Shown here: positions 13,643 to 26,459 of the stretch, in pieces
How the letters are laid out: each line of letters opens with the position of its first letter
Position numbering within the stretch: position 1 is the stretch's first letter
Origin: Octopus vulgaris
Taxonomy: Eukaryota
Length of the DNA: 64,000 nt
Assembly: GCA_951406725.2 (NCBI GenBank)
Contig: OX597816.1
Location: 50,654,001 to 50,718,000 of the forward strand
Reading direction: 5' to 3'
Translations under genes and position numbers: made by a program
The notes under the pieces: model-generated
The model's input: the letters and a program-made list of their open reading frames with translations, nothing else
The model's database searches: none
What the model was told of the DNA's origin: nothing

Positions 13643-14540
13643 TTGGGTTGGCATGTAAGTTACTGCCGTCTTTTTAAATTTTGGAATTTATTGCGTTTTT
13701 TAATTGTGGAATCTATTTCTATCGATAATTCTATTTTTGAACCATTTTGGAATCTATATTTTTTTTTCTAGTTAATTTTATTTAACTTTTGTTTATTTTC
13801 AGATCATTAAAATGGAATGTCAAGTTAATAAAAACGAGCATTTTTGGAACCTCCTTCTTTTTGCTTTTAATCAAGGTCTAAGGCCGCAAAATAATGCTGT
13901 GTATGGAGGGGGTGTCATAGCTGAAAGAACCGCTCGTGATTGGTACGCGAAGTTCAAAAATGGAAATTTTGACCTCACGATGCACATCGATCTGGCCGTC
14001 CAGTTGAGTTCGATGAATAGTGATTGAACCAACTTTCGCACGAAATTTCTCGTCAAACGACAAAGAAGAAATGGAATGCTCCCACACTGCTATAAAGAAG
14101 CATCTTCATTCTATGGGAAAGGTTCATAAATATGGAGCATGCGTTCCGCATACTTTAAGTGAGAACAAAAATCGAGAAGCCACAATCGCTTGTTTGATTG
14201 CTCGTCACCGCTCAACTCATGGACACGAGCAACGATTTATTTACCAAATCGTTATTGGCGACGAAAAATGGTGCCTGTATATCAATATGAAGCAAAGTAA
14301 GTAATGACTTAGCCCCGCTAAAGAAGCGACACCGCTCTTGAAACAAGATCTTCAAATACGTAAAACAATGTTGTGCGTGTGGTGGGACTGAGAAGGGAGT
14401 ATCCATTACGAATTGCTTGAACGGAACTCTGCGTTCAACAGATGGAACGACTCAACACGAAACTCCGCGTTCAGCAGATGGAACGACTCAACACGGCTAT
14501 TCAAGAACAAAAACCTAATCGTCAGCATGGTAGTCTATTT
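13643..14540 (+). mobile_element. Mariner transposon remnant (left TIR + truncated transposase)
   Basis: ttgggttggc TIR-like start; HFWNLLLFAF..VYG..ERTARDWYAKFKNGNFDL; CVPHTL (WVPHEL-like); IVIGDEKW; MLCVWWD..HYELL. Confidence 0.9.
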
Positions 14541-14761
14541 TTTGTTCATCAAAAGTTTTCCCTATTTTCTCCCAATTTTAAATTTGATTTCTGAGAGACT
14601 CTCGTTTAATCAGTTATTACATGCATCCTATGAGCATAGTATGCTTGCATACCCATGCACAGGGACAACATAGGTAAATTGCACTGGTAGTAATAACCCA
14701 TATGCTCATCCCTTAGACGTTTACTCTAACCGCTATAACTCTACTACCTTTGGTATATACT

Positions 14762-14802
<41 letters not shown>

Positions 14803-15414
14803 CTTTGTTCCTGCCCGAATAAAACCCTTCAAAGCACGCCGTAAAGTGACTGAAACAAGCAAACGATAGAAGAATATAAAATATGTACACATATTGCCGT
14901 ATATGTGAGAGCTAATGTGTATTTACGTACATGATAAAACAATGTATGCTTAATCAGGTTTACATATGAGTAGGTATTTATGCATTTGTTCATAAACACC
15001 GAAATATCGATGTAAATTAACGTTTAAAAATAATAAGTACATGTGATTACTGTTATAAATTTATAGTTTGTTTGTTCAGATTATGTAACACGACGAATTA
15101 AACTTGATAAATTACCAATCCTACAATGTGTTTGAGCACTTATTAAAATTATTATTAATAATAAAAATCTATCAAATTATTTAGATTTATCATAATACGA
15201 TTTAGGAACTTCAAAATACGTTTCTCCAGAATCTATTGAATTGTCTGTCTCTTTGATTTCTTAAATGTTGCATACTAATTTATCAAATAATCAATGTATC
15301 TACCTATATACAAAAATATGCAAACATATGCCTGTTTCAATGTCTGCCTATCTGTGTACGTACATATGTAGATATATACGTCTATATATATATGTGTGTA
15401 TGTATGTATGTATG

Positions 15415-15470
<56 letters not shown>

Positions 15471-15521
15471 CATATGTATATATATATATACATATATATA
15501 CATATGTATATATATATATAT

Positions 15522-15574
<53 letters not shown>

Positions 15575-15701
15575 TCATTTGTTAAATTTTAATTAATTTG
15601 TTAAATTTTAATTCATATAAATTATTTTATATTTTATGTATTGGCTTAAGTCTTTCTTTGTTTGATTTGCATAATATTGGTTTTGTCTCTAAATTATTAT
15701 A

Positions 15702-15741
<40 letters not shown>

Positions 15742-16419
15742 AAATATATATATGTGTATTTATGCATGTACGAATGACGTCGAAAAGTCCATAAATCAGG
15801 AGAAAGATGCACTCGTATATCTATCAATAGAATGATGGTATTTGCAGTTGCCGTTTTTCATTCCATATCGGCTACGACTGACGTCCGTAGAGTTACGTAA
15901 TCGGATTGTTACCTCAGTCTGCGTCGTACCCCTAGCCCGAAACTGATTAGTAAGATCAGTTGTGAGGGATATATAATACCGTAGACTTCGGATAATAAAC
16001 ACACGCACACACGTGTATATATATAGTTTCTTATTTGTTCTTAATTTTTATTTCTGTCATTCATTTGACTACTGGGGCAAAGTCCTATGCTGGGCAATAG
16101 CCTTGATGACTTTAGTCAAATAAATCCGCTCACCGTACTTGTATAAATATGGAACTTACTACTACGGGCATGTTTTTTCACGAACAACTAAGGAACGGTT
16201 GCTTAAACACACTAGGGCCTGTTATTAAAATGTGATATGAGATAATCACAAACATAACCAGGTGCCCGTGCACACGCTCTTATATGAAAATCTCCTTTCG
16301 TTTATCATCTACGAAATCCACTCAAATGATATTAGTCTGACTAGAGATGGTATAGAAAACACGTTCCAGAGATGGTCACGAGGAACGCTTCTTACCGAAC
16401 AGCCACAATCATTTTCTAT

Positions 16420-17060
16420 TATGCAGTATAGTTAGCTGTTTTTTTTTACGGTTCCTGTTGTACTTGGAAGGATGATTCATAGTGATCTCTAGCGCAATAA
16501 TTATTTTAAAACAGCCGTTCAGTTTGTATGTTGAAATCCCACTCTGTGAAGATTAGGTGAATTGTCGACGAAGATATGGCGTTTTTTTCCAGACACGCTG
16601 AATACATTCAAGATTGTCTCCCATTAGAATTCTAGAGTTTTACTTCGATTCTAATAAGAATTTTGATGTATTTAATTCGTTGCTTTATTGTCTTCCTCCC
16701 AGTTAGTTCGTCCTTATGGCGTTCAAACATGGCTCCAGAAATATAATAGGAAATGTATTTCGCAAAACAGTCATTTTTAATGAAAACGAACGTCTAAATG
16801 ATAATCGACAAAGTTTTCCGGACACTAATAATAAAAGCTACAGAATCTCTTTAATAGAGACAAGTTTCATCTTGAGGAATTCTCCAAAGTATATATTCTT
16901 CAACAAAATACTAATTCAAAATATGAAACAATACCGCTTATCTCCTTGCATAAAAACATTCTCTACTCTGAGTCAATGTAGCTTTGTGCAATAACTTTCT
17001 TTTGCTGTAAACTTTCCGCTGTTTTCTATGATATCCTGTCATAAGTAATTCCCAATCCGC
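16420..17060 (+). pseudogene. Decayed rhodopsin-like GPCR fragment (FMRFamide/sex-peptide-receptor-like), about TM4-TM7
   Basis: One frame reads FDVFNSLLYCLPPS*FVLM (TM5-like), KSYRISLIETSFILRNSPKYIF (TM6-like), Q*LSFAVNFPLFSMIS (TM7 NFxxY-like). Upstream LAVFF..CCTWK resembles the post-TM3 loop. Confidence 0.45.
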
Positions 17061-17638
17061 TATTATATTATACACACCATTGATAAAGATATCATCCGTA
17101 AATTTATGGCTTTAACAGGATATAACTTTCAGACACTAAATACATTTCCTAATGGTTTGATGGCTCTTAAGAAGAGTATTTTCTTTCACTAGCAGTCTTT
17201 TAAAGTCTAGGATTATATAAAAATTCCGATGGGGGAGAAGTTCAAGATGCGACATGTATAAGTAATTTATCATAATTATGGCGTTGTCGTTTCAGTATTG
17301 GCAATGAATCACAATTATAAAAAAAGATTGTTGGAACAATAAAAACATACGTTATTAAGTGATTCCATATGGAGTGTATGGAAATCTTTAAACTATGCAA
17401 CTTATAAGTGCAAAATATCTCTATCGTGATCTATCTATCCATCAGTCCTTTCCTCTATCTCTCTCTCTCTCTCTCACTCTCACCCTCTCAACTACACATG
17501 TCTCTGTATTTATGTGTACACATGTATTTGTAAAGTAGACAAGCAAATACGATCCACACACACACAAATATGTATGTATATATATATATAAACACACATA
17601 TACATGTAAACTTACATATACATATGGATATATATGTT

Positions 17639-17691
<53 letters not shown>

Positions 17692-17694
17692 ATT

Positions 17695-17764
<70 letters not shown>

Positions 17765-17776
17765 CTTTCTCACACA

Positions 17777-19084
17777 AATTAGGGTTTGAAACAGCTGCTT
17801 GACCATTCAGATGCCAGCGTGATATATCTTGACTTTGCAAAGGCATTTGATAAAGTAGATCACGGCATGGCATGTAATAAGCTACGAGACTTCTGTATAA
17901 CTGGTAAACTGCGAAACTGGCTGCATGACTTCCTTAAAGACAGAAGTTAGGTAGTTACAGCCAATGGAGTCCCTCCTGAAGAAACTTAAATACTATGTGG
18001 CGTTCCCCAGGGAGCTGGTCTGGCGCCATTGCTGTTCATAATATCCCTTTTAGACGTGTCCACGGTCACTCGGATACCCAGCGTCAAAAGTTATACTGAT
18101 ACTACAAAATTATCACAGGCAATATAAAACCAAGATGACGTCGCAAGATTACAGCGGGACCTACATTCGATATTCAAGTGGGCCGAAATAAACAACATGC
18201 AGAGCAATGCTAGAAACTTTTAAACACTACAGCCTGCATATACAGGACCCGAATGCACTAAAATATCAGAGCCACAGGCAGGGAAATACTTGAGGATCAG
18301 TATGTGTAATGACGCATCATTTTATATGCACATTACCAAAATAGCTGCAACCTTAGACAACAGGTAGGATGGATACTGAGGTCTTTCAAGACATGAAACC
18401 AAGAAACTATGTTGACTCTGTAGAGAATCTTTGTTCCCAGCTGCCTAGACTACTGCTCCAAGAAATTGTCACCATATAGTGCAAAACCAATAGCGGAGCC
18501 TCAAGCGACCCATCGCCATCACACTAAAAAGATACAAGGAGTGCTGTGGATGGGTTACAGGAAGAAGTTGGAAAGGTGCAACATTACTCCCTGGGGCGAA
18601 GGCGTGAGATATATGTAGTAATCAGCATATAGAAAATTCTAGAAGAGCTAGTACCTAATGTCGGCATTGAGTGTTATACAAATGCCAGAACTGACCGCCA
18701 TTGTATTGAAAAAAAGGGACCACCCACTCACTCAAAATTCTGGACCAGTTACTGCTATTGTCTAGCGTTCAAAGGCCCACAGATCTTCAATGCCCTGACA
18801 CAAACATTAAGAAATCTGCATGAGGTGGACATAAATGCCTTCCAAAATTAATGAGACGTCCTCATCTTCAGAACACCCAATGGACCAACAGCCCGGCATG
18901 AAGTGCAGACGAAGGCAGTGGAATCTAACTCCCTTATACACCAAATGGCCAACCGCTTGGACAAAGGCACATACAAGAGTGGTGATGTGAAACACCGCAG
19001 ACTGAGGAAACCAGATACACGGTGGTGCTCCGGCTTGACTGCAGCCGCACCGCTGAAACGAGTAAGAGAGTAAAAGATTAAAAG

Positions 19085-19088
<4 letters not shown>
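17777..19088 (+). mobile_element. CR1-group LINE RT core to 3' end, decayed
   Basis: VIYLDFAKAFDKVDH..WLHDFLKDR..GVPQGAGLAPLLF..YTDTTKL..LQRDL..WAEINNM; ends in gctgaaacgagtaagagagtaaaagattaaaagatta. Confidence 0.93.
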
Positions 19089-19171
<83 letters not shown>

Positions 19172-19173
<2 letters not shown>

Positions 19174-19374
19174 TTTATCTGTTTCAGTTATGTGGCTGTG
19201 GCCAATATGGAGCACCGCCTTTAGTCGAGCAAATCGGCCCTAGGACTTATTTTTTGTATGCCAAGTACTTGTCTCTCGGTCTCTTTTGCCGAACCGCTAG
19301 GTTACGGGGACGTAAACACACCAGCATCGGTTGTCAAGTGATGTTGGGGGACAAACGCAGACACACGAGCATAG

Positions 19375-19431
<57 letters not shown>

Positions 19432-19954
19432 TATATACGACGGGCGTCTTTCAGTTTCCGTCTACCAAATCCACTCACAAGGCTTTGGTCGGCCCGAGGC
19501 TATAGTAGAAGACACTTGCCCAAGGTGCCACGCATATATATATGTTCTTGTATTCTGTCATTGTTTTATGTTTTAGTTATTTGACTGCGGCCATGCTGGA
19601 GAAACGGTTTTAGTCGAGCAAATCGACACCAGAACTTATTCTTTGTAAGTCTAGTACTTATTCTATCAGTCACTTTTGCTGAACCGCCTAGTTACGGGGA
19701 CGTAAACACACCAACTTCGATTGTCAAGTGATGGTGCAGGGTCAAACACCGACACACAAACATATATATACATATATACATAAATACATCTATATGTGAG
19801 GCTTCTTTCAGTTTCCGTCTACCAAATCCACTCACAAGGCTTTGTTCGGCCCGAGGCTGTAGTAGAAGACACTTGTCCAAAGTGCCAAGCAGTGGGACTG
19901 AACTCAGAACCATGTGGTTGGAAAGGAATATTTTTTACCACATTACCACGCCTG

Positions 19955-19957
<3 letters not shown>
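19172..19957 (-). mobile_element. Two tandem tRNA-derived SINEs (CORE-like family): ~19172-19532 and ~19575-19957
   Basis: Both carry tttagtcgagcaaatcg..gttacggggacgtaaacacacca..tctaccaaatccactcacaaggc..agaagacacttg. Confidence 0.9.
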
Positions 19958-19993
<36 letters not shown>

Positions 19994-20020
19994 GTGTCTC
20001 CACACACACACACATATATA

Positions 20021-20220
20021 TTCCTTTACTACCCACAAGGGGCTAAACATAGTGGAGACAAACAAGGACAGACAAAGGTATTAAGTCGATTGCATCGACT
20101 CCAGTGCGTAACTGGTATTTAATTTATCGACCCCGATACGATGGAAGGCAAAGTCGAACTCGGCGGAATTTGAACCCAGCAGACGAAATTCGGCTACGCA
20201 TTTCGCCCGGCGTGCTAACG
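20021..20220 (-). mobile_element. Nin-type SINE
   Basis: Reverse complement of the 48661 family (cagtgcgtaactggta..ggcggaatttgaac..tttcgcccggcgtgctaacg). Confidence 0.88.
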
Positions 20221-21441
20221 ATTCACACACACACATATATATGCAGTATGTCCATTACGTATCTGCATACGTACTCAAGTACTTGCAAAAAGGGTAAATC
20301 ATTTGCCATTCACTATTCCAGTCCCAGATAAGATGGGGAAGGTGAGAGAACATAACATACGTTATAGCCAAAATCCCCAACTGAATTATACAACCGAATA
20401 TGAAACCTCTCATCATTTTTAGTATAGAATACAATAAGGGGATATAGGAGTATTCTCAAATGTACAGGACATTGAACTCAATCATAGTTGTATATGTCGT
20501 TACTGCTGGACATTGGACTGAAACTGTGGATGGCAATGTATCCATGTGAAAGTCGCTGCAAATCGTTCATTTAATGTGATCCATTTTAATGTGGTGAAGA
20601 AAACTATACAGAATTTAGGAAAGGGAATAAATGTTGAAATGCAAAGGCAATGAAATAGAGATAGCTCAAATAACCAGTGGACAACATAGAAATATATAAC
20701 TGTAATAATTCTTACTTTGGGACAAATATAAATCACACATGCTGACAAAATATAACACGAGGTGTACAGTGTCTATGCGTGTGTGCGTGTGCGGGTGTGT
20801 GTGTGTGTGTATGTGTGTGCGAGTGTGCATGTGTCTGTTTGAGTGTGTATGTTTGTGTGTGCACATATTTTGTACAGAGGTGGATTTGCACACACTAGTG
20901 CACTTATATTTATATTTATAAATGGGAACGTGCACGAACGTGTTCACATCAAATGATTAAAGCGTTAATCAATACATGGCGAACGCAAGTCCTTATAAAT
21001 ATTCCATGGGTAATAGAAAAGTGAGAGCATTTTAGAATTTTCTTATAAGACTCCTCTCATTTATACGTGTGTATTTATATTTTTCTTCCTCCAAATCACA
21101 TACAGTCTTGTGTATTTTCGTTTATATTCATCCAAGATGAAGACGAGTGGCAACGTTTTATTTGACGTGTCTAATAATTTGCTGAGAATTTTAAAACGAA
21201 TGATAAACGCACAATAAGTTTTTAAGTGCAACGCATTTTTCACATACAAAATTTTCAAGAGTTTATTCTGAAGTCTTTAATTGAATTGTATAGAGATTTG
21301 AATGTCAGCGTTGAAATTATTTTACGTAAGTTTGTGTGTGTGAGTGTGTGTTTGTGTGTGTGTAAGCGTGTGTGTGTGTATTTGTGTGTGTGAGTGTGTG
21401 TTTGTGTGTATGCAAGTGTGTGTGTGTATTTGTGTGTGTGT

Positions 21442-21505
<64 letters not shown>

Positions 21506-22619
21506 TATGTAAGAGTTCATACGAGGCTCGGTTATTTTCTGAAGACTTTAAGTAGATATATTCCAGTTATAAATAGCGAATTACTGGCACGACCTCCTTC
21601 AATCTATAACATCCCGATTATATTCACGTTTTTAGGAATCTACGAAATATCTTGCCTGAACTTTGCTACGATTTTGAACGAGGAACTATAATGAAACATA
21701 CAATAAATAATTTTAGATACGATTGTCATGACAATGTGCTAGCAAACTATAAAATTAAGCGATATCCCTTCATCTGAAGTTCTGCCAATACAGTAGAAAG
21801 GAGCAATAAATTTTATTAATTGCAAGGCGTTGTATCTTATTATCAGTCGCATATAGGAATTGCTTATCATTTCAGACAGGTGTGTTCTATCAATGGACTA
21901 ATAATTGAACCACAATAATTCCCATCATTGAAGAATAATGAAAGCAAATGCTAATATATTGAATATATTTCCTATTGTAAAGATAGATTTACCAAAGACA
22001 TCAAAGCATGCATAGATTATTAATAAAATATCTGAATACTATTCAAGAACTGCGGTAGATTTATTTTCTGAATCACATCATATGGAATATGGATTCTGAT
22101 TAAAATATATTCCTAGCGTAGTAGATATATTTAGAATAAACATATATATTATACATTTCTGTTGTAAATCGAGGAAGAATTAGGCTAATGAAACACGCAT
22201 ACTGGATTCTGTTTTGTTTAATTTATTATAATCAGTTAACTAGTTAGACTTGTGCCAATATTTGAAACCATTATTAACTAATTATTCAAGCATTTAGCCA
22301 ATTAATTAATTGAGTCTGTGATGAATATGACAATCGATTATTCAGCTAGGTTCTTCAAAGATCTTTCGTCACTATTCGAAACGACATCAATGGTGAGTAT
22401 TCACTAATGTAAGCCAGTTAGATTTCCCTACTTTACAGAAACTGCATTCATATTAATTTACGCGTAAGCATGTGAGAATGTATGAGTGGTAGATAGGGAG
22501 AATGTGAAAAAAAAAACACACAGAGAGAGACTGTGCATATGCGTATGCATGTGTATCTGTGTGACATGATGCAGATTCTGGGGAAAAGAGTAAGTATATA
22601 TATATATATATATATATAG

Positions 22620-22818
22620 TTAATCCAAACAAGAAAGCACAAAAAAACACAACAACGCGAGGACGTGGAGCAAATATAGTATTATTGGACGCTCAGGAAA
22701 GAAGGAAGGTTTAACGTTTCGCGCGGAACTCTTCGTCGGAAACATAGGAGAAGGAAAGATCCAGAGAAGGGAAGACAGAGGAAAAACGAAAATCGCCAAC
22801 GGTACACACGAGGTCACA
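22620..22818 (-). mobile_element. Putative PLE pLTR fragment with hammerhead-like motif
   Basis: Reverse strand gttt-CCGACGA-A-gagttccgcgc-GAAA-cgtt-aaac; abuts (TA)n. PLE origin is inferred from the motif only. Confidence 0.6.
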
Positions 22819-22827
22819 GAGAGAGTG

Positions 22828-23169
22828 GTTGTATACTGTCAACTTAACGTGACAGTCCCGTATGGAAATTACACCACCGCTGTTTAGCCCTAGGAAGCAT
22901 CGACGCTTCTTGTCGGCTTTGACACATTTCCTGTGTCCTTATATTTGTGAAGGGGAGGCAAGCACCCCCACCAGCCAAGATTAAGACCCAGAAACATGCA
23001 TGTCTTCAGGTGTGAATCTTGGCTGGTGGGGGTGCTTGCCTCCCCTTCATAAATATAAGGACAAATGAAATGTGTCAAAGCCGACAGGGAGCGTCGATGC
23101 TTCCTAGGGCTAAACAGCGGTGCTGTAATTCCCATACGGGACTGTCACGTTATGTTGACAGTATACAAC
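22828..23169. repeat. 342-bp near-perfect palindrome (fold-back, MITE-like)
   Basis: gttgtatactgtcaac...ccagccaagatt and aatcttggctgg...gttgacagtatacaac, centred on catgcatg at 22995-23002. Confidence 0.95.
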
Positions 23170-24624
23170 AACCCTATCGCTCCACCACCGCTCATGTCGC
23201 TTTGAGACATTTAGAAATTTAATATTTCTAATATATATATATATATATGTATATATATATGTGTGTGTTTGTGTGTCTTTGTGTGTGTATGTATGTATGT
23301 ATGCATGTATGTATGTATATATATAATTATGTGTGTGTGTATGTATGTATGTGTGAATGTATGAATGCAAGCATATCTATCTTTCATCCAGCCATTCATG
23401 AGGTTAACATATCGTCTAATTAAAATTATATATATGTACATATATATATATAGTGTGCTTCTTCTCAGTTCCATCTTTCAAGGTTTCGGATGGCCTGAAA
23501 ACGCTTTATCAAGTTCGATGCAGTGAGAATGAATCGTTGTCAACTTGTAGTTGTGACGCAAACATTTTACCACACAGAGATGACTCTGTGAATGAATGAA
23601 TTGCATGTGTATAGGTGTGCTACGAAGCGTGTTCACGTGTTTTTGGTTACTCAACTTCAAGTGTATTTAATTTTCCTGTTTTCAGGATCCCCTTCATCTT
23701 TGTCTTATATAACTCGACGTAACAAATAATGATTCTTACCTACAAACGTTTTATAGTTCACATACACACACACACACAAACAAACACATAGACATACACA
23801 ACAACAATAACAACAAGAATAACAACACCAACACCAGCAAAAAAACAACAAGACAAGAAGCCCTGATGTAGTTTTTACCATAGTCTCTTCACTACCGCAA
23901 CTATATAAGTTTACTAATCTAAAAGTCAGAACGATATATTTAACCTATATGTCGATAATTAAGGGAAATGCTTAACATTCTTTGAGTTTATTCCATAGAA
24001 ATTCCATTATATTTCACAACATTCAATAAATATATTGAAATCAAATAATGAGTAATGTATCTAAATTATGCAAACCTTGTGAAAGAAACAAACACACACG
24101 CGGGAATTCTTACACAGCATTCGTTTCTCTGACTACAAAGTGGCAAAGAGAAAGAGACAAAATACAAAAAGAAATGGTAGTAACGGCCCACGCCCGACAT
24201 AAGGCAACACATTATAAAATAGTTGAGAAAATAATAAAATAATAGGTAAGGAGGTAGATTAGACAAACATGTGATGTAATAGTGACAAGCTCCAAGAAAT
24301 AATGTTTATTGCCTCCAAATGAGAATGTGTCCGTAGTTTTAAGAAAGCTGTGTGCAGTGCCAAAGTTAGAACTAGTACATATTTCCTTAGAATAATATAT
24401 AAACTAAGGAAATGCATTTGTTCGCAAATGAATAGAATATAAGGATTTTATAGGATCACATGTGTTGTACGAAGCACGATTCCCAACCTCTTGTTTGGGG
24501 TTTTAGTTCCACGGCGTGGAGCCTTAGGCAAATCTCTTTTCGGACGGAATACAGTCTTCTGGGTGGATTTATAGAGGGAAACTGAGAGATGCCCGTCGTA
24601 TATATGTATATATATATATATGAG

Positions 24625-24815
24625 AGAGGATTCGCCAAAAAAAGACAACAGACGAAGACAGGTGGTGTGGAGAACAAACAGATGTATTAGTTTAAAGCTT
24701 GAGAGTTGAAAAAGTCTTCAACGTTTCGAGCCTATGCTCTTACACAGATAGGAACACAGAAAGAAACAAGGAGAGAAAATAAAGAATGTGTAGTGGCTAG
24801 CAATCTATCGTGGCG
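24625..24815 (-). mobile_element. PLE pLTR fragment (same family as 7270-7445)
   Basis: gacgaagacaggt..aacagatgtattag..acgtttcgagcctatgctctt..gtggctagc. Confidence 0.75.
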
Positions 24816-26416
24816 AATATATATATATATATACAGAGAGAGAGAGAGAGAGACAGAGAGAGGGAGAGAGAGAAATAGATAGATTAATATAGGTATAGAT
24901 ATAGATATATGTGAGTACGTGACTTTGTATCTGTGTTTACCCATCCACACTACGTTGTTGGTGTGTTTACGTCTACGTACTTAGCTGCTAGGCAAAAGAA
25001 ACTCATAAAATAGTACTGAGGTTCATACATTCGACTAAAAATTATTCAGAGCGGTGACATATAGAATGGACGAAGCCTCATGATTAAAACAAGTAAAAGT
25101 TAAAGGAAGAAGATTGCAAGCCGTGATGTAGCTTATCAGTTAAAACATTTGGAAGGCGAATGTAGTAAATTGATCACAGCATATATGAGGAAACTGCCAG
25201 AAGTGTAGCTGAGATAATGGAAGGCATTGGATGGATTATAGTGAAAGGAAAAGCGATGCCGATACCTTTCTTAGTATGCTAAAGATAGAAAATTTAAGAT
25301 GTTTAATAAAATAGATAGGCACATTTCACAAATTTTTATGACAGCTAGGTCAATCTGCACTAATAATCCATTTCTAACCATAAACGGATAAAATGCAAAG
25401 CTCACACCACACCGATAGCCGCTATAAAAGAAAACAATACAAAATATAGGTTAATATGTGAATCCACATGTGAGTTCTTACCTGTGTGTTTGGTAATGCA
25501 AATTATCGTGCACAAGTATATTGATATTAAATTGCTTGAGGAAGTATACAAATCAAACCACTCTGTGTATGTTGTTAAACTTCTCATCAGCAACAGTGTA
25601 AAGCTGAGAAAAACCGATAGGTATATAAGTTGGTAAATATACATTAAACTCTGTGGGTTAGGTCAGTAAACATACACTTGTGTGATAGTAAACATGTATT
25701 AGTAAGGTCAACATAGATCTATATTTCATGTGTTCAATGTGTGTGAATGTGTGTTTTTGTATGTGTTTGTGTATTTATAAGCTTTGCACAATTGTGTGTG
25801 AAGTACAGTACGGTGATAGATAAACTCTGTATTTCTTATTCCCCTGAGTTATTAGAATAGAAATTGAAACCAGTCATAAAACTGTAATAATGTCTACACT
25901 ATCACCGCTCTACTGCCCTGAAAAGATGACTGGACTTGAATGCCCATACACGCACTCTCTTGCATCAAAGCACACCGACTCACAGTACATTCTCACAATC
26001 AAAGAAACTAACCATGAATAAATGAAAAGAAAACTAATTAAAAAAATAAATATTTAACCACTCACTCCTTCAAAGGAATCCACACCACAAGCATACTCTG
26101 TTGCATGCGTGTGTACACACACGTTCTCTCTCACAGACTCACATAATTCCTACCAAGCCACACACGGCGTGCACAGGATGCATGCACTCGGACGCACATA
26201 CACACACGTCACAATCACATACATACACAGGTACCCAGACACACAGCTGCTGCTCACCCTTACAGGCAACCTTGTGTCAACTACCACCAACACAGGAACA
26301 TCTTTAAAATATCATCTTAAGTCAATTTCATATTTTCCCAAGCATCAAGTTAACTAAATCGAAAAGGTTTCTGAAACGTATTCAAATGTATGTATCTTTT
26401 ATCTAAGTAATGATAA

Positions 26417-26459
<43 letters not shown>

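Noticed and set aside
21540-22100. Low-stop frames on both strands (GPCR-like or glycosyltransferase-like words)
   Set aside because: The motif matches are weak and contradict each other.
22985-23012. Hammerhead at the palindrome centre (GAAACAUGCAUGUC)
   Set aside because: No CUGANGA plus stem II upstream on the same strand; the symmetry explains it.
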